Position numbers and translations under genes: made by a program. From Bdellovibrionales bacterium (GTDB lineage Bacteria > Bdellovibrionota > Bdellovibrionia > Bdellovibrionales > JAGQZY01), in NCBI GenBank assembly GCA_031426555.1, contig JANPLN010000009.1, positions 1 to 64,000 of the forward strand: a stretch of 64,000 bases of DNA, given 5' to 3'. Position 1 is the first letter of the stretch; every line of letters begins with the position of its first letter. A model generated the notes under the pieces. It was not told where the DNA came from. It saw nothing but the letters and a program-made list of their open reading frames with translations, and did no database searches. This document shows positions 58,060 to 64,000 of this stretch, piece by piece.

Positions 58060-58782
58060 TTATGCCTTTGTCTCATTCTGAGACAATTTGAGGTAGCAAA
58101 CACTGAGAGCGATAAAGACAAGGCTTAAGAGGGAAGAGAGGCTGAGAAATCCCAAGGTGGGGCCTCTGGGGTCTCCACGAAACAGCTCGACGATAATTCT
58201 ATTTATCGAATGAACAGCAAGCCACGTGGCAAAAAGTCGACCTGCAAGGGCTTTACTCCACGGGGTCTTTTCGATTTTAAGTATTCCAAAAAACAACAGA
58301 AGCTCTAAGACCACGGCATAGAGTTGGGTGGGATGGCGACCATTGATGGCCCATGGCAGGTCGCAGAGCCGGCCGTAGCAACAGCCGGTAACAAAGCAGG
58401 CGATTCGCCCCGTGGCATAGCTCAACGATACGATGGGAGTAAAAAAATCAAGCCAATGGGGAAACGATTGTTTTTTCCATAGTAAGCAAAGCCAACCCCC
58501 CGTAAAACCAAAAATAAGACCACCGTAATAAACAAAACCGCCCTGCCAAAACGAAAAGATGCGGAGAGGGTTTTCTATATAATATTGAGGTTCTTCAAAA
58601 AACACATGCAGCAGGCGAGCACCAACGGCTCCCGAAAGCGTCACCACAAAAAACAAATCCATGGCTGTCGCCCCAGAGTACTGCATTTTACGCGAGCGCT
58701 GGTTGATCCAAAACACCACAAAGGTCAGGATGAAGCTGATAAATACAAAATAAATAGATGAAGAAAGACTAGCCGCGAGCAT
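58060..58782 (-). CDS. lgt: Prolipoprotein diacylglyceryl transferase
   Basis: GARL, WQGGFVYYGG, GRIACF.GCCYG, HPTQLY, VELFRGD. Confidence 0.9.
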   Translation of the reverse strand: MLAASLSSSIYFVFISFILTFVVFWINQRSRKMQYSGATAMDLFFVVTLSGAVGARLLHVFFEEPQYYIENPLRIFSFWQGGFVYYGGLIFGFTGGWLCLLWKKQSFPHWLDFFTPIVSLSYATGRIACFVTGCCYGRLCDLPWAINGRHPTQLYAVVLELLLFFGILKIEKTPWSKALAGRLFATWLAVHSINRIIVELFRGDPRGPTLGFLSLSSLLSLVFIALSVCYLKLSQNETKA

Positions 58783-59272
58783 TTTTCTTTTTTAAAGCCC
58801 GGGTATTTAAAAATTCCAAAAGCAGCATCACACAGATGCCCGTGACAATGCTGATGTCGGCCACGTTAAAGGCCGGGTAGTGAGCTTTGTAAAAATAATG
58901 GAAGTCGAGGAAGTCCACCACGAAGCCGTATTTAAGGCGATCGATATAATTCCCGATGGCACCGGCGAAGATGGACGAAAGCGCAACCACCGATACCAAG
59001 TCGGAGATGGGAGTTGCACGTAACATAAATAGAATAATCACTGCAGCAATGGGCGGCACGCTTAAAAAAAACATCTCGCGGAAATTTTCGCCCATGGTGG
59101 CAAAGAGTCCAAAAGCTGCGCCGTAGTTGCGTACATACATGATGTTAAAAAAATTCTGAATCACCGAAACGCTTTCGCCTTCTAAAAAATGCGTGTGGAT
59201 GTAAAGCTTCGACCATTGATCCAGGCTAATAATAAAGCCAGTGAGCGCCGCAAGGATGAGATATTTTTTCAT
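58769..59272 (-). CDS. lspA: Lipoprotein signal peptidase
   Basis: DQWSK, NYGAAFG, GAIGNYIDR, VVDFL, FNVAD. Confidence 0.95.
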   Translation of the reverse strand: MKKYLILAALTGFIISLDQWSKLYIHTHFLEGESVSVIQNFFNIMYVRNYGAAFGLFATMGENFREMFFLSVPPIAAVIILFMLRATPISDLVSVVALSSIFAGAIGNYIDRLKYGFVVDFLDFHYFYKAHYPAFNVADISIVTGICVMLLLEFLNTRALKKKNARG

Positions 59273-62046
59273 GTCATAGCTCCAGTGCATTTAGGGCAAA
59301 GTGCCGGGTGATCGGCATGGGTTCCAAGAGTTTCGCTATAGTACCAGCAGCGCGGGCACTTCTCGCCGGGAGCCGCTGCCACTTTTACGTCGAGCAGTCC
59401 TTCGTGCAGATTCACCTTAGAGACAATAAAAAACTCACAAAGTGTGTCGGCATATTTTTTTAACAAACGAAGCTCGTCGCCTTGGGCGGTGATATGCACC
59501 TGCGCCTCAAGGCTTGCGCCAATTTTTTTATCTCGGCGCATCTCTTCGAGAAGGCGTGATACAGACGTCCGAATGGTGAATAACTTTTCAAATTCATCGC
59601 GCAGAGCGGGGTGTCCCCAAGAGGCGTTGGCCTGCGGGAACGGCAGCAAAAACACGCTGTCTTTTTTGCCTTCGTCAGGGAAGAAGTCATGCACCTCTTC
59701 AGCTAAAAACGAGGTGATTGGCGCCATCATGCTCATCAGTGAAGTGGTGATATAATGAAGGACAGTTTGAGCAGAGCGGCGCTCTGTTCCTGTGGTCTTC
59801 CAGGTATAGAGGCGATCTTTGAGAATATCCAAGTAATGCGCCGAGAGTTCCACTGTGAAGTAATTGTTCAACGCATGGTACACTTTATAATATTCGTAAT
59901 TTTCGTAAGCGGCACTCACTGTTTCGATAAGTGCATTCAGTCGATCCAAAGCCCAAGCATCGAGAGGTAGCAATTGATCAACCGCGATCTGATCCTTCTT
60001 GAAATCAAAATCGCCAAGGTTACCCAACAGAAAGCGAAACGTGTTTCTGAACCGTCGATAGGATTCAGTCACTCGTTTAAAACTTTCGGCGCTGTAGTTA
60101 ATATCTTGGCCGTAATCCTGGGACGACGTCCACAGACGAAGCAGCTCGGCACCACTCTGATCGATCAACTTGATGGGATCCACCACGTTGCCAAGACTCT
60201 TACTCATTTTTCGTCCATGCTCATCATTGACGAAGTTGTGGGTGAGCAGCGCTTTAAATGGCGCTTTTCCCGTTGAGGCTATGGAGGAGATCAAACTCGT
60301 CTGAAACCACCCACGGTGTTGATCACTGCCTTCCAAATAAAGATCCGAAGGAAAATTAAGACCTGTGCGGCGCTTCTGCACGGCCGCATGGCAAGTGCCG
60401 CTGTCAAACCAGACGTCTAAAATATCGGTGCCCTTGGACCAATTTTTTGAAGAGCACTTCGGACACGATACATCTTTGCCAAGAAGTTCTTCGGCAGAGC
60501 TTTCAAAATACGCTTCGATTCCGCCGCCAGTCTCCATGCGATCAGCCACTTTAAAAAGAAGCTCCTCAGTCATATGCACATGGTTGCAATCGGCGCAAAA
60601 GAAGACCGGGATGGGTACACCCCAATTGCGCTGCCGACTGATACACCAATCGGGACGGGCCGCAATCATAGAGGTGAGGCGCTTTACGCCCCAGTCAGGG
60701 ACAAACTGAATCTTCTCAATGGCGTCCATGGCCATTTTGCGAACATTGTATTTTTCGTCATCCATGCGAATAAACCACTGCGAGGTGGCGCGAAAAATCA
60801 GCGGCGTTTTACTGCGCCAACAATGTGGATAACTGTGTTCGATCTGTTTAAAAGCAATCAGACGGTTCAGCGAAGTTAAACGCTCCACGATTTGTGGATT
60901 GGCTTTAAACACATGCACACCGGCGTATTCGGGAACGTCGCTGGTGAATTCGGCTTTCTCGTTAACGGGACTCAAAACCTGCAGTCCATAGTGCAAACCA
61001 ACGATATAATCATCCTGTCCATGGCCAGGAGCTGTATGCACAAGGCCCGTCCCAGCTTCGAGACTCACGTGGTCCCCAAGAATCAGTAACGAATCTCTGT
61101 CGTAAAAAGGATGGCGCGCTTTTTCGTATTCAAAATCGGCACCCTTAAAAGTTTTGCCGGTGTCTTCGAGCGTTTTTCCAGTTTCCTTTTCGAAAGACGC
61201 TTTCATTTCCTTCGCCAGCAGCCAGTATTCATTTTCGTGTTTAAAAAACGTGTATTCAAAATCTTTATTAAAGGCGATTGCTAGGTTGCTTGGAAGTGTC
61301 CACGGAGTGGTTGTCCAGATCACACAAAAAACATCTTTATCAAAGGTTCCAAATTTTTTAGCATTCGGAACAAAAGGAAACTTCACGTAAACCGAAGGAC
61401 TCTTGTGAGGGGCATATTCAATTTCGGCTTCAGCCAAAGCAGTTTGTAAAGCATAGCACCAGTACACCGGCTTCAGTCCGCGATAAAGTATGCCATTTTT
61501 TAAAATTCGCGCGAGCTCGCGAACCTCTTCGGCCTCGTAATCGGCGTTGAGTGTGAGGTAAGGATTTTCCCAATCGGCTAAAATTCCCAAGCGTTCAAAC
61601 TGCGTTCTTTGAAAAGCCACCCATTTCAAGGCTTCTTGACGACACAGCTCGCGAATTTGCAGCGGCGTATGCTGCCGTTTTTCTCCACTCTTTTTATCCT
61701 GGTCACCAAGATCTTTAATCACTTTGTGTTCGATGGGAAGACCGTGGCAGTCCCAACCGGGAATAAACACAGCTTGTTTGCCGCTGAGGTTGCGATATTT
61801 TAAGGTAATATCTTTAAGACATTTGTTGAGAGTATGACCCATGTGAATCCCACCATTTGCATACGGGGGACCATCGGGCATGGTAAACAGTGGGCGACCA
61901 GCGCGCTCGGCAATCATTTTTTCGTAGATTTTGTTTTGCTGCCAGCGGGCAATCCATTGTGGCTCGCGCTGAGCGAGATCGGCCTTCATTGGGAAATCTG
62001 TTTTTGGAAGATTTACGGAGTCTTTGTAGAGGGCTTCTTGAGACAT
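59269..62046 (-). CDS. ileS: Isoleucine--tRNA ligase
   Basis: DGPPYANGGIHMGH, WTTTPWTLP, DWCISRQR, KMSKSLGN, C-terminal CPRCW..CPKC. Confidence 0.97.
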   Translation of the reverse strand: MSQEALYKDSVNLPKTDFPMKADLAQREPQWIARWQQNKIYEKMIAERAGRPLFTMPDGPPYANGGIHMGHTLNKCLKDITLKYRNLSGKQAVFIPGWDCHGLPIEHKVIKDLGDQDKKSGEKRQHTPLQIRELCRQEALKWVAFQRTQFERLGILADWENPYLTLNADYEAEEVRELARILKNGILYRGLKPVYWCYALQTALAEAEIEYAPHKSPSVYVKFPFVPNAKKFGTFDKDVFCVIWTTTPWTLPSNLAIAFNKDFEYTFFKHENEYWLLAKEMKASFEKETGKTLEDTGKTFKGADFEYEKARHPFYDRDSLLILGDHVSLEAGTGLVHTAPGHGQDDYIVGLHYGLQVLSPVNEKAEFTSDVPEYAGVHVFKANPQIVERLTSLNRLIAFKQIEHSYPHCWRSKTPLIFRATSQWFIRMDDEKYNVRKMAMDAIEKIQFVPDWGVKRLTSMIAARPDWCISRQRNWGVPIPVFFCADCNHVHMTEELLFKVADRMETGGGIEAYFESSAEELLGKDVSCPKCSSKNWSKGTDILDVWFDSGTCHAAVQKRRTGLNFPSDLYLEGSDQHRGWFQTSLISSIASTGKAPFKALLTHNFVNDEHGRKMSKSLGNVVDPIKLIDQSGAELLRLWTSSQDYGQDINYSAESFKRVTESYRRFRNTFRFLLGNLGDFDFKKDQIAVDQLLPLDAWALDRLNALIETVSAAYENYEYYKVYHALNNYFTVELSAHYLDILKDRLYTWKTTGTERRSAQTVLHYITTSLMSMMAPITSFLAEEVHDFFPDEGKKDSVFLLPFPQANASWGHPALRDEFEKLFTIRTSVSRLLEEMRRDKKIGASLEAQVHITAQGDELRLLKKYADTLCEFFIVSKVNLHEGLLDVKVAAAPGEKCPRCWYYSETLGTHADHPALCPKCTGAMT

Positions 62047-62082
62047 TTCCCCAAGTTATAAGGTCTCAGCGGGATGGTCAAT

Positions 62083-62118
62083 CAGTTACGGCCACAGTTA
62101 AGGCGACAGTTAGGGCCA
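62083..62118. repeat. Three 12-bp tandem repeats upstream of ileS
   Basis: cagttacggcca / cagttaaggcga / cagttagggcca. Confidence 0.7.
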
Positions 62119-62628
62119 CTGGCGAATTTGTTTGTTACCCACAGAAATCAACATTCGCAGGGCCTCTTGCGGAGTGCTTAAGTTGAAGCGAGTTTGCACG
62201 TCGAGCACAGCCTGTAGCGAACCTTGATCCAAGCTTTGCATATACGACGCATGGAATGGAATGTTGGCGGCCTTTGTTTCCGTGACGGTGACCGTTTGTG
62301 AAACCTGTTGCGACATTTGTTGGGAGACTTGCGTTTGCATGGAGCTGTTGTTCTGCATGGCTCCAGTCGGTGCGCCTCCGCCGAGGGACTCTTCAAACGG
62401 CGCAAAATCTTTTTTTAAATTTTTGAGGTCTGTCAAAAATCTTTTCGAACTCACGGGGGCATCAATATCGATATTGTCGATGCCTTGTCTTTGGGCTTTT
62501 AGAAACAGGCTCACAAGCACGTCGGGAGATGTGGCCACTTGTTTTACTGAGTCTGGCTGGTATTGAAGCCAGTCAAACGCCTTCGACAGGGTTTCTTTTG
62601 TGTATGCTTGTGGGGCTAAAAAAGACAT
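62110..62628 (-). CDS. Hypothetical protein
   Basis: 172-aa ORF co-oriented between the PBP and ileS, with a Q/S-rich linker. Confidence 0.75.
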   Translation of the reverse strand: MSFLAPQAYTKETLSKAFDWLQYQPDSVKQVATSPDVLVSLFLKAQRQGIDNIDIDAPVSSKRFLTDLKNLKKDFAPFEESLGGGAPTGAMQNNSSMQTQVSQQMSQQVSQTVTVTETKAANIPFHASYMQSLDQGSLQAVLDVQTRFNLSTPQEALRMLISVGNKQIRQWP

Positions 62629-62666
62629 AGTGAAAAAGATCTAATGTCATCCTAGAAAACATGCAA

Positions 62667-64000
62667 TCACTTTTTGGGGCGCGTCGAAAGCAGAACCGTT
62701 GGAATTGCTTTTTCCTCAGGAATTCCAAGCTCCACGAGCTCCTCGGGCGAAAGAGAAAGTGTTGTCACATCCTCGCGCGGCCAAGCAAATGCCGAAGGTC
62801 CCTTTTGCGCCGTCGCAGACTTCATGTAGCTTGTCCAAATGGGCAAGGCACCAGACGCTCCCGATAGCTGCACCGGTGTGTTGTCGTCGTACCCGGTCCA
62901 CACCACGGCCGTCTGATCGGCGCTAAAGCCGGCAAACCATGCGTCTTTGTAATTTGTTGTGGTGCCCGTTTTTCCAGCACACTCAATATCAAGTCCCATG
63001 GCCTTGATCGCTTGGCCAGTTCCAGATTTCATGGCTTCCGACATTATACTTATTAAATTTAAAAAACTTCCAGTGTCGATCATGGAAGTCTCTTCGCCGG
63101 TGTCGGGGCGCCAAACGCTGACACCCTCTTTGTTTTCAACACTTCTCACCAGTCGCAATGTTTTTTTGTGGCCCCAGCGAGCGATGTTTGTATAGATTTG
63201 TAAAACTTCAAAAGGTGTCATCTCGAAGGCACCCAAGCTTAACGACGCGTAGGGTTTGATTTCCGAAACGGCGCCGAGATCGCGAGCCACAGCAATAATT
63301 TTATCCAACCCCACTTCTAAGGCCAATTTGGCTGTCGGGATGTTGATCGACTCCTTTAAAGCGTAAAAGGCCGGGACATGCTGCGAGGTTTTACCGTCGT
63401 AATTTTTTGGTTTCCATTTTTGTCCGTGGGAGGTGTACTCAAAGGGTTCGTTGGTGAGCAATGACGTTGGCGAAAAATCTGCGAGTTCGTAAAAAGCAGT
63501 CAAAAAAACCAGCGGTTTAAAGACCGAACCCACCTGTCGGGAGCTTTCGATGACTCTGTTAAATGGTGTCATGCGATGATCGCGCCCCCCCACTAGGGCG
63601 AGCACATCACCGGTTTTCACATCGCTCGAAACGAGCACCGCTTGCAAGGAATGGGGGGTATTTTTTTTGTGATAGGCAGAATTTTCTTCGAGATTTTTTA
63701 AATGATTCTGTACGGCCGTTTGCGCGGCTCGCTGCGACGGTAGATCCAATGTCGTGTAGATTTTGTATCCCGAAAGATCATTAAAGCCTTCAGCGTGCAG
63801 GGTTTTAATCACTCCGTCGATAAAGTACGGTGCAGTTTCACGAACTTCGATGGCCGCTTTCTCCGGCAAAGGTTTTTTGTGTGCGAGAATTTTGTCTTCA
63901 GGTAGAATTCGCTTTTGCTCTTCCATATCCGACAGCACTTTTTCACGTCGCTGCAGAGCCCGTTCCTGATTCTTAAAAGGGTTAAATAATCCCGGACTAT
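62667..64000 (-). CDS. Class A penicillin-binding protein, transpeptidase half (5'-truncated by window edge)
   Basis: RQVGSVFKP (SxxK), SIN (SxN), GKTGT (KTG), DAWFAG. Confidence 0.92.
   Translation of the reverse strand, partial: SPGLFNPFKNQERALQRREKVLSDMEEQKRILPEDKILAHKKPLPEKAAIEVRETAPYFIDGVIKTLHAEGFNDLSGYKIYTTLDLPSQRAAQTAVQNHLKNLEENSAYHKKNTPHSLQAVLVSSDVKTGDVLALVGGRDHRMTPFNRVIESSRQVGSVFKPLVFLTAFYELADFSPTSLLTNEPFEYTSHGQKWKPKNYDGKTSQHVPAFYALKESINIPTAKLALEVGLDKIIAVARDLGAVSEIKPYASLSLGAFEMTPFEVLQIYTNIARWGHKKTLRLVRSVENKEGVSVWRPDTGEETSMIDTGSFLNLISIMSEAMKSGTGQAIKAMGLDIECAGKTGTTTNYKDAWFAGFSADQTAVVWTGYDDNTPVQLSGASGALPIWTSYMKSATAQKGPSAFAWPREDVTTLSLSPEELVELGIPEEKAIPTVLLSTRPKK

Noticed and set aside
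1..64000. rRNA, tRNA, CRISPR arrays, prophage, T-box leaders before the three aminoacyl-tRNA synthetases
   Set aside because: No supporting sequence signatures were found by eye.

Overview
Bacterial chromosomal window. Gene content and style suggest a Bdellovibrionota-like predator (inference from short flagellins, many secreted orphans, FHA proteins and a Bdellovibrio-type Y1 transposase remnant). The housekeeping backbone includes xth, dksA, a CzcA/TolC efflux pair, speB/speA, leuS, a REC-GGDEF cyclase, argS, tsaA, rnr, a UbiB/ABC1 kinase, an AGCS symporter, HU, lgt-lspA-ileS and a partial PBP. There is a sigma54-preceded flagellar operon (TPR protein, receiver-less bEBP, flgBC-fliEFGHIJ-MotE-like-fliK-flgDE) and two oppositely oriented flagellins. 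The best candidate for an undescribed system lies between the flagellins (29.6-37.0 kb). It is a six-gene module: secreted protein, degenerate-FHA membrane protein with repeated Thr motifs, MotB/ZorB-like OmpA protein with a ~300-aa coiled coil, MotA/ExbB/ZorA-like channel, canonical FHA-coiled-coil-TM protein, and a YkuD_2 L,D-transpeptidase. Other notable items are a ~420-nt densely base-paired non-coding region upstream of a decayed Y1 HUH transposase, a 49-bp inverted-repeat element with internal GGA hairpins, and sets of sigma28- and sigma54-like promoters in front of orphan secreted or surface genes. No rRNA, tRNA or CRISPR array was seen. All protein calls come from motif recognition by eye, with no database searches.
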